The notes under the pieces: generated by a model
Databases searched by the model: none
What the model saw: only the letters and a program-made list of their open reading frames with translations
What the model was told of the DNA's origin: nothing
Shown here: positions 21,797 to 31,539 of the stretch, in pieces
How positions within the stretch are numbered: the stretch's first letter is position 1
Layout of the letters: every line of letters starts with the position of its first letter
Virus record (IMG/VR): IMGVR_UViG_3300046453_000063
Location: 64,001-128,000 of that record
Direction: 5' to 3' (one strand)
DNA: 64,000 bases
Source of the DNA: a virus
Made by a program: the position numbers and the translations under genes

Positions 21797-22051
21797 ACAA
21801 AAGCACCCCCAAATTTATCCATACTATACTTAGAGTATAATGGATATGTATCAGGGATGCCATAATTTTCAATCATATGTGAAACAATATGTTGGAGATA
21901 TTATTTATTCAATTGTATTTTATTCGATCTTAAATATATTATAACCTAAATATTTAATTTGTAAACATATATTTATTAATTAAATATAATGCAAATGAAT
22001 AATTTGCAAAACTGCCAACACCTACGATTAGATGTTGACTATTTCGAGAAT

Positions 22052-22142
22052 TATTCGATTTCCATAAATTTGATGATTCAAAAACCCGCATAAACATTGG
22101 ACTTTTTAAGCGTGATTTCCTCATGAAATGATAGATTTATCA
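22052..22142. repeat. Composite recombination-like site B
   Basis: AAAACCC-gcataaacatt-GGACTTTTT then TCATGAAA-tgatag-ATTTATCA; about 290 bp downstream of tyrosine recombinase gene. Confidence 0.7.
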
Positions 22143-22179
22143 AGTTACCTAATTATACATTTGAATATTCGGATCTTGT

Positions 22180-22422
22180 TTACACATAGGTGCTATCACC
22201 ACTCGTATATCCACCGCACCATACTTGAGGTCTAACTATTGGGTCAGGATTAAGTACGGAGGGAAGAGGAGTGACATAAACTGGGGGATGATACTCATAA
22301 ATAGGATGGACAGGAATTGTTGTGGCAGGTGGCAACTTCTTATTCTTATCAATCTCAAAAATTAGTTGAGCTATTTCCTCAACTGTTCCTTCAACTTCAA
22401 TTCCTCTAACTGTTGCTTTCAT
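22180..22422 (-). CDS. Hypothetical Pro-rich protein
   Basis: 80 aa, GIEVEGTVEEI motif, SD AGGAG. Confidence 0.6.
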   Translation of the reverse strand: MKATVRGIEVEGTVEEIAQLIFEIDKNKKLPPATTIPVHPIYEYHPPVYVTPLPSVLNPDPIVRPQVWCGGYTSGDSTYV

Positions 22423-22432
22423 TACTTATCTC

Positions 22433-23515
22433 CTATCTTTTCTTTTTACCGAACGATCCAGACGAACTTCCTTCTGGTTGTTCCGACTCATCTTTATCAA
22501 ATGTTGCATTAACATCAAATATCTTATTCTTTTCTTCTTCAAAGTCACGCAAATCATAGATCTGAGTTGTAGAGATATCATTATGATGAGCTACATATTT
22601 AGAAACAAGATGCATAGGAACTCCAGATTCAAGCAGATATGTAATACAAGAATTCTTAAAAATATGTACATTGATTCGGCGTTCAAGAATATCGGAAAGG
22701 GTGTTCATACAAAAATCATTTGCCCATGCAGAAGACATTGCTTTGGGTTCATGATCATATTTTGTAGTAAATACATATTCGCTTTCGTATCCTCTTTCAT
22801 CAATCCACTTTTTCCAATGTTTCAGAACTTCTAATTTGATCATATATTCTAGTTTTTTGCCGTCAGTCGAAGCTCCTTTTCCCCTAACAACATGAGACAT
22901 TACATAGTTCTGTCCTTCAACAACTGAATATTCGAGTATTTCAGTTTTAAACTGAATAATCTCTGCTCGTCTAGCACCAACCAGGAAGGCCGTAGCAAGC
23001 CATGCCATACCCAACCAGTTCTTATCACCTTCTAGTACACTCATCATCATGTCGTATTCTTCTTTGGTGACTTTAACCTTTTCATAAACACGATTACGGG
23101 GGATAGAAGGGAGGCCACGAGTAAAGTTTCTGAACATTTTATAGTTAGAATCATCTTCTGCTACAACATTCTCAATATAGTTGCACAAACTTGACACTAC
23201 AGACTTTCGAACGCCGATGGCAGAAGAAGACATCTTTCTGTTATCACGTATATAACTAAGATACCTAATAAAGTCACGCTTTGTAATTTCATAAAACTTC
23301 TTGTTGTTCATTGAGTTGAACATGTACCATCCGAATTGTCTCAATACACTTTTGTACTGTGATTTCGATTGAATACTCAAGTCCTGGACCGAGACGAATT
23401 CTTCTGCAAGGTTGCGATAGTCATCATTCACCTTGAGCCACATTTCTTCAGTTACTTCCTCTAATTTCTTAGCGGGTTCTCGCAACGTATTCTGCTTATT
23501 TACTTTCTTGCTCAT
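22433..23515 (-). CDS. yomM: Tyrosine recombinase, SPbeta YomM-like
   Basis: GARRAE (R), GKG (K), HIFK (HxxK variant), HH..STTQIY (Y); closely resembles recalled YomM sequence; same position in tail module. Confidence 0.85.
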   Translation of the reverse strand: MSKKVNKQNTLREPAKKLEEVTEEMWLKVNDDYRNLAEEFVSVQDLSIQSKSQYKSVLRQFGWYMFNSMNNKKFYEITKRDFIRYLSYIRDNRKMSSSAIGVRKSVVSSLCNYIENVVAEDDSNYKMFRNFTRGLPSIPRNRVYEKVKVTKEEYDMMMSVLEGDKNWLGMAWLATAFLVGARRAEIIQFKTEILEYSVVEGQNYVMSHVVRGKGASTDGKKLEYMIKLEVLKHWKKWIDERGYESEYVFTTKYDHEPKAMSSAWANDFCMNTLSDILERRINVHIFKNSCITYLLESGVPMHLVSKYVAHHNDISTTQIYDLRDFEEEKNKIFDVNATFDKDESEQPEGSSSGSFGKKKR

Positions 23516-23527
23516 TGCATCAAATCC

Positions 23528-23710
23528 TTATGTGTTTTTATGGTATATAGAAAAATTAACGATTTTATCTTCTATAATTTTTAACTTAGTTTCATTAAGC
23601 AATCTATCCCCAATTTTCTTTTGCATTTCATAAGACAAAATCTCTTCTTGACTTGCTAAAACAGTAAGTCCTTCTAAAGAATAATAGGGAATAGGAGAAG
23701 TCAGATTCAT
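23528..23710 (-). CDS. Hypothetical protein
   Basis: Likely ATG start (MNLTSP) behind GGAGGG. Confidence 0.45.
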   Translation of the reverse strand: MNLTSPIPYYSLEGLTVLASQEEILSYEMQKKIGDRLLNETKLKIIEDKIVNFSIYHKNT

Positions 23711-23749
23711 TAAATCGCCCTCCAAAATGTTTATTAAATAACCATTTCA

Positions 23750-24889
23750 TCAAAACTTGTTTTTAAGTCCATTACTATTTATGAAGTAATATATAAGACA
23801 AACATTTTTAAAATTTATTTTTTTCTTATGTATTCTTCTTGATATAAAATCTCCGAGATCTTTATTTGATTTTGAATTATTGCATGACTTACATGCTGGA
23901 ATTATATTGTTTTTAGTATACCCACCTTTTTTACTAATAGGGATGATGTGCTCTTGTTCAAGTGATTTGCCAGTTTTATCTAAGCATTCTTCATTGCTAA
24001 TTCCACAGTAAGCACATGAGTTGTTGAAGTATATTAAAGTTTCCGCATATTCATCAGTGGTTAAGTCATGAACTGTATTATTTTTCAATGATCTTCTCTT
24101 TTTTGCAAACTTAAGTTTTGACTTCTTAACGTCATCTCTTTGATGATATATTTTTCTCTTTTTTCTGGAACAATCTTCACATTTATTATATTTACTATAT
24201 TCTTCATCGGAAATCATTTTATTGCATTGACAACAAATCTTATATCCTTTTGGCAAAGTATCTTTATAAACCTTGTTTGGTCTGTCTACTCCGTAATCAA
24301 ACCCTCTACATTTTTTACATTTAGTTGATCCATTATCTCTATTATTTTTTTTGAAAAAGTAATAATCGTTGTCAGGTAATTCAACGTTGCATCCGTGACA
24401 TACTTTGTAATCATCTCGTATGCAGAATGACGATCTACAATCATTGAGACTATATAGATTAAATTTTGACGTTTCTCTCATACATTCCTTGCAACGACTT
24501 ACAAACCCCGTCTTCTGATTACATTTACCATTAGTTGGATTAAAATAGAATATATTTAACGGCAATACCCTATCGCATTTATTACAATAATGTTGACCAT
24601 TTTTATTAAAATTGGCATTTGCATTTCTACCCCACGAGTAGCTTGCGCCAGACTCACACTTTTTACATTGACTATGTAGTCTATGGTTTCCACTAGACTG
24701 AAAGTAGTATGTTGTTGCAGGTAATTTTTGTTTACATGTACAACACACATTTAACTCGCTATTCGCAATTAATTTTTCACTTTCTTTAACAAAATCATTG
24801 CGTATATGGAATATTAGTTTTCTAAATTGAGTCTTGTCGTCCAGTTCCCACGAAAAATACTCGTCTAGATTGGGTTGTTCTTGTTTCAA
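23750..24889 (-). CDS. HNH endonuclease with multiple CxxC zinc-finger repeats
   Basis: CAYCG...EQEHIIPISKKGG...NIIPACKSCNNSK; repeated CxxC...F...CxxC. Confidence 0.85.
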   Translation of the reverse strand: MKQEQPNLDEYFSWELDDKTQFRKLIFHIRNDFVKESEKLIANSELNVCCTCKQKLPATTYYFQSSGNHRLHSQCKKCESGASYSWGRNANANFNKNGQHYCNKCDRVLPLNIFYFNPTNGKCNQKTGFVSRCKECMRETSKFNLYSLNDCRSSFCIRDDYKVCHGCNVELPDNDYYFFKKNNRDNGSTKCKKCRGFDYGVDRPNKVYKDTLPKGYKICCQCNKMISDEEYSKYNKCEDCSRKKRKIYHQRDDVKKSKLKFAKKRRSLKNNTVHDLTTDEYAETLIYFNNSCAYCGISNEECLDKTGKSLEQEHIIPISKKGGYTKNNIIPACKSCNNSKSNKDLGDFISRRIHKKKINFKNVCLIYYFINSNGLKNKF

Positions 24890-24965
24890 TATTTGCTATC
24901 CTCCTATACATAAAACAGATATCTCAAGAACACAGATATGCATAAAATTTTTTGATTCTACCATT

Positions 24966-25409
24966 TTATTTTCGTGTATTAATCCCTAATCTTTTTAACC
25001 CTTTAACAATAGCATGTTCAACGCTGCCATCATTACGCAACTCGTCTCTGGTCGTTTCTACAAATGGACGGCCTTTGTGCGTATAGGGGAAAGACCAATC
25101 TTCGTTATAACCCACACCAGTTTCAACAATTACTGATACGTTTCGATTGTCGTCCATGCGGTGTGACTCAATGGAGACTGTATTATTGTCAATCATTTCA
25201 ACAATAATATTAGCGTCATCCATTAAGCCGCCATTTTCTCTTAGTCGCTTATATATTACAGGCTCTTCATATACATCATAGACCTCGGATTGAATATTTT
25301 CTTTCATCTTTGGCCTGACTAGCTTTTCACCAACATCTTCTTTGAGTGTTTTGGGCAATACTTGCTGGTTTATATATTTGGCTAAATCGTTGACATTTTT
25401 AAAGTTCAT
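24966..25409 (-). CDS. Tail completion protein (HK97 gp10-like / YomN-like)
   Basis: EVYDVYEEP..YKR...GRPFVETTRDEL; position in tail module; likely ATG start MNFK. Confidence 0.6.
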   Translation of the reverse strand: MNFKNVNDLAKYINQQVLPKTLKEDVGEKLVRPKMKENIQSEVYDVYEEPVIYKRLRENGGLMDDANIIVEMIDNNTVSIESHRMDDNRNVSVIVETGVGYNEDWSFPYTHKGRPFVETTRDELRNDGSVEHAIVKGLKRLGINTRK

Positions 25410-25896
25410 CAGAATCAACTTCTACGTTTTCGGCTGTTTTTGCTTCTTGTAATGCTGCTTGAATTGCAAGTTCTGCTGTTGCTTCACCAATACCCTTTGA
25501 TACTTGTTCAAGTTTGGCTTTTACTTTCTCAATCTGATCCTTTGGAATATGATTATATACTTCGACTAGGATTCCATTATCAAGCAGATTATGTGTAAAT
25601 TTAATCAAGTTAGGAATATCATTTTTCTTCGGAATAGGAAGATCGGTGAACTCTCTAAGAATCAATGTATCCAGAAGTACAACGGTATTTTTAATTGTCT
25701 CATTGGTCACATTTTCACTTTTCTTCAAGTCTTCAAGGAGTCCAATGTAAGTCATAACCACATTCTCAATCAATGATTCACGGAAACTGGTATGAATAGA
25801 TACTTCATATTGACCATCAAGAATATGTGCTTTTTTAAGTTCATTGAATTTTGAACTAAGTTTATTTAACTCAGCAGCAGTAAGTTTTTTAGTCAT
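25399..25896 (-). CDS. Putative tail assembly chaperone (YomO-like)
   Basis: MTKKLT...ILREFTDL; synteny with SPbeta tail module. Confidence 0.55.
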   Translation of the reverse strand: MTKKLTAAELNKLSSKFNELKKAHILDGQYEVSIHTSFRESLIENVVMTYIGLLEDLKKSENVTNETIKNTVVLLDTLILREFTDLPIPKKNDIPNLIKFTHNLLDNGILVEVYNHIPKDQIEKVKAKLEQVSKGIGEATAELAIQAALQEAKTAENVEVDSDEL

Positions 25897-25934
25897 TTAT
25901 TTAATTCACTCCCATTAATATATTTATTTAATTA

Positions 25935-26591
25935 TTACGCCTTTGGAATTACAACATCTCTGATCTGTCTACCAGTCCAAGAACCAAGGAATAAATGATA
26001 CCCGTAAGCATCCTTATGCGGAATCACTTCTAATCTTTGATGTTGGAAAGAACAGAACGTATGGACTGGATATATAGTGACATCGCCTTTAAGCCATCTA
26101 TAACCATATTCATTTTCTCTAGTAACCCATGGTCTACTTAGTTGTGTAATAATATTTGTATTAGTGTTTTCACTATATGGACGATCATTATAGAAATCGA
26201 GCAACATTTTCACCCACTCATGACCTTTAACACTGCCCATAATAGCTGTAACCATTAGATCCTGAGTTTCATGACCAGTGAATGCACGAGTTTCAAGGAA
26301 TCTGTCTAATGGTTTAACGCAGAAAAAGTCCGAATCTACGTATACGCCCCCTATGGTTAGCAAGGCCCACAATCTTGCGATGTCGGTAGCAAAAGCATAC
26401 TTTTTACGCTTCAGTGCTTCTTGAACAAATGGATATTCATCGACTAGGAAGTTTGATTCGTTAATTTCGACAATTTCCCAAGTTGGATTGTGTTCTTTCC
26501 AACTAGCAATACATTTCTGTACCATTGGAGGTTTCTCGTTATTCCCAAACCAACAATATATCAATCTACGGTCGATAAGTTTTTTAGCCAT
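25935..26591 (-). CDS. Glycosyltransferase, GT32/OCH1-like (DXD sugar-binding)
   Basis: IYCWFG...CIASWK...YAFATDIARLWAL..GGVYVDSD...HLFLGSW; ATG at 26591 behind GAGGTG. Confidence 0.9.
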   Translation of the reverse strand: MAKKLIDRRLIYCWFGNNEKPPMVQKCIASWKEHNPTWEIVEINESNFLVDEYPFVQEALKRKKYAFATDIARLWALLTIGGVYVDSDFFCVKPLDRFLETRAFTGHETQDLMVTAIMGSVKGHEWVKMLLDFYNDRPYSENTNTNIITQLSRPWVTRENEYGYRWLKGDVTIYPVHTFCSFQHQRLEVIPHKDAYGYHLFLGSWTGRQIRDVVIPKA

Positions 26592-26592
26592 T

Positions 26593-27378
26593 TTACACCT
26601 CTGATCTACTAAGTCCAAAAGTTTTACGATAGTCTTTTAGTGTCCTGAACCAAAAATGGGGGTGTGGAACATTATTATTTGACCACGGCTTATCTCCTGC
26701 ATAGTGCATAATTCTAACTTTATCTCGTTCAACGTTTAGCCCCGCCGAAATTGATACGTTATATTTATTATCAATCAATAATATCTTCTTCTTACAAGTC
26801 TTGTTCAAAATGCATTGGTCGTGGGCCGGAAATTTCTTGGTGTTTGCTTCGTAAATCCATTTCTCTTGAAGATGATCTTCCCTAATTTTCTTCAGATTCA
26901 TTAGTAATACTCCAGCATTAACATATACATCTTTGTCAGTTAATCCCAACGGTTTCTTCAAATTGTAATGATCTGCATGAATATCTAACGCTCCAGCAAT
27001 ATAATAATCATCAATATTTGTATTGTATAAATCAGTTACATCGCCAACAACCAAAGCGTCTGCATCAATATGAAGCAGCTTATCATCATCGACAAGAGTT
27101 GGAAGTATCAATCTATACAGTGCATACCTTGTAAATCTAGAACTTACGTTCACTGTGCTAGGAATCAACTCTTTGAATTTATCCTCAGCATTAATAAACT
27201 CAATTTTGCATCTGTCACCAAAGTAATCTGTAATATAACTAGCATCAAAAATTCCATCTTTATCAGATATCAAATACACCTTGATATTTCCTTCATTGGT
27301 TTTGAATATAGAATATGTCTCAACCGCTGCCCACTCAGCCCAATTGGGGCTATATATAATAGCAATATTCATAGTCAT
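26593..27378 (-). CDS. Glycosyltransferase family 8
   Basis: YRLILP..LLHIDADALV, YVNAGVLLMNL, HDQCILN, IMHYAGDKPW. Confidence 0.92.
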   Translation of the reverse strand: MTMNIAIIYSPNWAEWAAVETYSIFKTNEGNIKVYLISDKDGIFDASYITDYFGDRCKIEFINAEDKFKELIPSTVNVSSRFTRYALYRLILPTLVDDDKLLHIDADALVVGDVTDLYNTNIDDYYIAGALDIHADHYNLKKPLGLTDKDVYVNAGVLLMNLKKIREDHLQEKWIYEANTKKFPAHDQCILNKTCKKKILLIDNKYNVSISAGLNVERDKVRIMHYAGDKPWSNNNVPHPHFWFRTLKDYRKTFGLSRSEV

Positions 27379-27431
27379 GTTAACGATCTCCCTGTAAATT
27401 TTATAGATTTATTTTTATTATATATTCTAAA

Positions 27432-28199
27432 TTACATATCCTTACTCATAATATGTTTTGAAAACGTTGAAACATCGCACCACAACTCGAATCCTTGATC
27501 TTGAGCCATCTTACAAAAATAAGCATCTTCACCTTGAGGATGGTATCCAAACTTCACATTTTTATAAACATTTTTATCTAATAGAAAAACTGCACCTGTT
27601 AAGTCAACTTTATATAATTTCTGTTCTGTTAATGTGGAGGCATTCTTAACATAGTAATTAGAGATATGCTTGTATTGTCCGTTTTCTTCGAGCTTCATAA
27701 TGTTCGGATACTTATGTGGTGCTTCAGGAGATACCAAATAACCATTATATATAAGTGATGATATAATATTTTTATCTGCATTGAGCAAATTGTTAATTAT
27801 ATCATCGGGAACTAAAATATCAGAATCAATAAACAGGAGTTTATCTGTATTGACTTTAGACATGATATGATTCTTCAAAATACTCAAGTGATTGTATATA
27901 TATTCATTTCTGACTTTTGTGCTACGAATATCTTCGGGAACTTTTCGATTCATTGTTTCGATTGTAATAGAGTTGTATTCATTATTATGCAATTGTTTGA
28001 ATTGACGTAAAATTGATTCTGTTTTATCCGTACTGTCATTAATAAGAAAATAGAGTGAGATAAGATTCTTTGGATATGAGATGTTATTAATATGATCAAG
28101 ATATTTATCAATAACAAAATCTCGGTTGCGACATGCTGCCGCTATGGTGATTGATTGATTAAGTGGAGGAGACGGAGAAGACTGTTCAATTTGTGGCAT
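27432..28199 (-). CDS. Glycosyltransferase, GT-A fold (GT2/Anp1-like)
   Basis: FLINDSTD, LLFIDSDIL (DxD), TGAVFLL, GEDAYFC, terminal H. Confidence 0.85.
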   Translation of the reverse strand: MPQIEQSSPSPPLNQSITIAAACRNRDFVIDKYLDHINNISYPKNLISLYFLINDSTDKTESILRQFKQLHNNEYNSITIETMNRKVPEDIRSTKVRNEYIYNHLSILKNHIMSKVNTDKLLFIDSDILVPDDIINNLLNADKNIISSLIYNGYLVSPEAPHKYPNIMKLEENGQYKHISNYYVKNASTLTEQKLYKVDLTGAVFLLDKNVYKNVKFGYHPQGEDAYFCKMAQDQGFELWCDVSTFSKHIMSKDM

Positions 28200-28203
28200 A
28201 TTA

Positions 28204-29442
28204 TTACTCCCTGTTTAAATTATATTTATTGATTATATCTTTATATTTACTACCGTCTTTTCTGACTCTTGACAATGAACCGAAATCATATACATTCTCA
28301 AATTGACTTGTTTTTACTGTCCCTTTGCCAATGTTAAATACTATCCATGAATGACCAGTAGAGATATATTCTTTTGCAAATTCTATCATTTCAATAATTT
28401 TTGTTTCTGTTGGGATGTTGTCTTTTCCTGATATGATTCTTATTTCTTTCCATCCACGACGATGCAGGGCATATCTTCTTCTTTGTTCTTTTTTATCAAA
28501 TTCTTCTTGAGAAATAATTCCGAACTTTACCTTTCCATCATGCAATCCACCATCATATTCGATATATATTCTCTCTTCGGGAAAAGCGATGTCTAGAAAA
28601 GAGGAGTTGTATAAATGGTTTAACTCTCCGCCAACGATATTATGTATATATGCTTGTTGTAATGATACTGGCATACTGTTATTTTCCATAAGACTCTTAA
28701 AGGCTTTGGCTCTGATTTCAGGATTTTTCATGACGTTATCAAACCCAAATCTGCTGATTGTTGTCTCATCTTTTTTCTTTTTTGCGCACTCATCGCATCG
28801 AACATATCCCATACGAAATGAAATAACTGAATTAGACCATTTCTTTCCACAGGCACAAATAAAATCAACACGATTTAGTTGATTCAATAATTCATATTCT
28901 TCTTTTGTAGTGAGCAATGTACAACCACTGTTTGTAAATAGTGATTTTATATCGTCATATTTATTTTTTCTCTTTTTGCCAGCAACTTCGTGTCCGCATC
29001 GGCTACATCCATGGCCTGCCCGAATAGTGTCATATGCTACATAGCACAATTCTCCACACTGACATTCATAAGACACCTTTTCTTTTGCGGAAACGAATGA
29101 AGTTGAGATTAATTTATTCCCAAGTTTTTCAATGAACTCTTTTAAATAATCGTATTCGATTTTCTGCTTGCAGTCATCACAACAAAAATTAATAATTTTA
29201 GTGATAGATCGTATTTCTTGATTTAACCTTCTTCGATATTCTTTATAGGGCAATTGCATGGTGTTTTTGTGGCAATAATCGCATTCCACCAAAACTATTG
29301 AGTGACTCTTATTAGAAAGATGATTCACATTGACATCGATAGTGTCACCTATTTTACATTCGTATCCCATAGACAGAAGATGCTCAATGTTTAATTTCTT
29401 GCAACTAACCCTACGGCTTTTTGTTAATATTATTTTAAACAC
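28204..29442 (-). CDS. Putative homing endonuclease, zinc-binding repeats plus Vsr/EDxHD-like nuclease domain
   Basis: VECDYC, YECQCG..GCSRC repeats; LDIAFPEERIYIEYDGGLH...GWKEIRI. Confidence 0.75.
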   Translation of the reverse strand: MFKIILTKSRRVSCKKLNIEHLLSMGYECKIGDTIDVNVNHLSNKSHSIVLVECDYCHKNTMQLPYKEYRRRLNQEIRSITKIINFCCDDCKQKIEYDYLKEFIEKLGNKLISTSFVSAKEKVSYECQCGELCYVAYDTIRAGHGCSRCGHEVAGKKRKNKYDDIKSLFTNSGCTLLTTKEEYELLNQLNRVDFICACGKKWSNSVISFRMGYVRCDECAKKKKDETTISRFGFDNVMKNPEIRAKAFKSLMENNSMPVSLQQAYIHNIVGGELNHLYNSSFLDIAFPEERIYIEYDGGLHDGKVKFGIISQEEFDKKEQRRRYALHRRGWKEIRIISGKDNIPTETKIIEMIEFAKEYISTGHSWIVFNIGKGTVKTSQFENVYDFGSLSRVRKDGSKYKDIINKYNLNRE

Positions 29443-29462
29443 CTCTATTGATATTTAGATAT

Positions 29463-29500
29463 AAAAAAAGCCCATCCGCATTTTTAGAGTGGATGGGCTT
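29463..29500 (-). terminator. Intrinsic terminator after major tail gene
   Basis: AAGCCCATCC stem with U-tract on minus strand. Confidence 0.75.
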
Positions 29501-29517
29501 AATATATTTATCTTTTA

Positions 29518-30312
29518 TTAAGCCAAGTCGCTTTCGTCAAAGATATACATGGTATACAAATCTTTAGAACCAGGAACCGCCAACGCTTCCATTGGAATAT
29601 CCAAAACAGAAGGATCTCCATCTGGAGCCATGGTAAGATTGAATGAATCTTCAATCTTTGCAGAAGGGATAGTGATTTGTGCTGCATAATCAGATTTTGT
29701 CAGAACGTCACGAACAAGGACGTCCAAAACAAGTTTGTAACTTCCTGCAAATTTGTTAGTTTGAGCAGTCATCTTCTTTGTATCAACACCAGTAGTTGTT
29801 TCATAGTAAGCGATAATTTTAGATCCAGTCGGAATATCACCCGTAAAGAAACTAAGAGCTTTACCTGTTACTTTATATTGTCCTGTAGTTGGAGTTGATG
29901 CCGTATATGCAAAATCGTCTCCAAGTGTTCCGTCTGCCAAGAACAAGTTCACACTTTTAAGTGCGCCAGCAGCAGTAGGCGTATAATTGAGCGTTGCAGC
30001 ATTACTTGTTACTGTTAGCACATCGTTAACAATAATTGGTACGGCACCAGTTTCCACTTCTGTTCCCAGCATCATTGCGATCATTTCATTCGAAAAAAGA
30101 GCGTCTTGCAGAGTGAATCTTGCAGCTCTACTCCCAGAAAATCCCAGAATTTTAGGATTCCCAGACCCCCCCATTACATAAGTGACTTCCGATGAATTTT
30201 CGAGGCCACTGGATTTTAAACTGTCCAGCTTTACCTTAAGTTTTCCTGTTGTCAAATCAAAAAATGATGCCGTAGCGACATCACGAATAGCCCAACGGTT
30301 TGTTGTTGCCAT
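29518..30312 (-). CDS. Major tail (tube) protein
   Basis: RWAIRDVA...LKSSGLE...GGSGNP...IPSAKI...GDPSVLDI; AGGAGG SD; followed by terminator. Confidence 0.82.
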   Translation of the reverse strand: MATTNRWAIRDVATASFFDLTTGKLKVKLDSLKSSGLENSSEVTYVMGGSGNPKILGFSGSRAARFTLQDALFSNEMIAMMLGTEVETGAVPIIVNDVLTVTSNAATLNYTPTAAGALKSVNLFLADGTLGDDFAYTASTPTTGQYKVTGKALSFFTGDIPTGSKIIAYYETTTGVDTKKMTAQTNKFAGSYKLVLDVLVRDVLTKSDYAAQITIPSAKIEDSFNLTMAPDGDPSVLDIPMEALAVPGSKDLYTMYIFDESDLA

Positions 30313-30328
30313 TAATAAATTCCTCCTA

Positions 30329-31045
30329 TTAATCTATAATTTTTGTCCAAGCACTTTCTTGCAATTTGATTTTTGAGGAATCAATATTACCAGTGTAAAT
30401 GCCTGTAAGGATGCCATTATAGTGATCTATGTTTTCCATCCTGTAATAACCGTCATATACTTGATAGATAGTTAAATTACCAATTTCTAAAATGTTTAAA
30501 TTTGATTTCCATGAGAGTCCAGATACAATACTCGGTAGATTGGTAATTGGTTTCTTTGGTGGTCTCTTGGCTCTATCACCTAAGATTTTATCCATAAATT
30601 CTTTTGCTTTAGAGTTACTAGGATTAAACTCATCCTCTGGTTTTTTATCAGGAATTCTATTCGCGATCTTTATTAGTCTTTGTATTTCTTCAAGAGAATT
30701 GTGATCAACAAGAGAGTCGCCTAAGACAAAACAAGGGGCGTTATTGATAATTTCTACCTTTATTTCTTCTTTAAAGATTAAATTTGATCCAATCTCAACA
30801 GAATTTCTAAAGCTTTCGTCTTTAACAAAAAAATGAACCATCAAATCGAAATTAGACTCTTTAATTTCCTTTAAGTCTTCAAATAGATTTTTATCAAATA
30901 GAAGAGAGGATAGTCCATAATTATATGTATCATAACCAACAGATACTATTTCATTTAATGTTGGTGAATATATATTCACACCATTAATGCTAACTGGCTG
31001 ACCCAATAAGAGCTTAAGACTAATGCTTTCATCTATATCACTCAT
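30329..31045 (-). CDS. Tail-region protein (YomV-like)
   Basis: LLLGQP..IYSPTLNEI...LTIYQVYD; synteny. Confidence 0.55.
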   Translation of the reverse strand: MSDIDESISLKLLLGQPVSINGVNIYSPTLNEIVSVGYDTYNYGLSSLLFDKNLFEDLKEIKESNFDLMVHFFVKDESFRNSVEIGSNLIFKEEIKVEIINNAPCFVLGDSLVDHNSLEEIQRLIKIANRIPDKKPEDEFNPSNSKAKEFMDKILGDRAKRPPKKPITNLPSIVSGLSWKSNLNILEIGNLTIYQVYDGYYRMENIDHYNGILTGIYTGNIDSSKIKLQESAWTKIID

Positions 31046-31518
31046 CTATTGAAGTCCACAGGTTTATAGGTGATTGCGTATCCTTGGAATTTTTCATTGA
31101 CCACATATTCATTCAATGCTTTGAATTCCAATTTACCTAAGCCTATCCCATCTTTATAATTCAGCATCTCATCAATTTTATTAGCAATGAAGTCAACTCT
31201 TGTACATTGATAATCTGTTTTGAATGTATCTCTATGAGTAAATACATTAACTGAAACTATGCCAGTCTTAAAACTGTTATTCACCAATCGATAATCACCT
31301 AATGCAAGCGCAATATATGTTCCAGTAGTTAAGTTTATATCTGGAATGAAGCGATGGGGAAATATACACTTATATATCAACTCAGTGGTATCTTCAATAT
31401 CTGGCTTATTTAAGAAATCAGGAGATTGATAAAACAATGCCTTGCACAATTCCTGATTTTCTAGAATTCTACCGATTATCGTATTTTTATATTCACTAAT
31501 TTCCAAGAAAAAAGACAT
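31042..31518 (-). CDS. Putative tail terminator
   Basis: 158 aa, ILENQELCKALFY...RVDFIANKID; position before tail tube. Confidence 0.55.
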   Translation of the reverse strand: MSFFLEISEYKNTIIGRILENQELCKALFYQSPDFLNKPDIEDTTELIYKCIFPHRFIPDINLTTGTYIALALGDYRLVNNSFKTGIVSVNVFTHRDTFKTDYQCTRVDFIANKIDEMLNYKDGIGLGKLEFKALNEYVVNEKFQGYAITYKPVDFNR

Positions 31519-31539
31519 TGTAATATCACTTCCTGACTT

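Noticed and set aside
22433-23515. Prophage integrase with attL/attR boundary
   Set aside because: Phage structural genes continue on both sides; no host DNA in the window
25935-28199. gtrABC-type serotype conversion or host capsule locus
   Set aside because: No flippase, polymerase or membrane GT and no sugar-nucleotide genes; embedded in the late operon orientation
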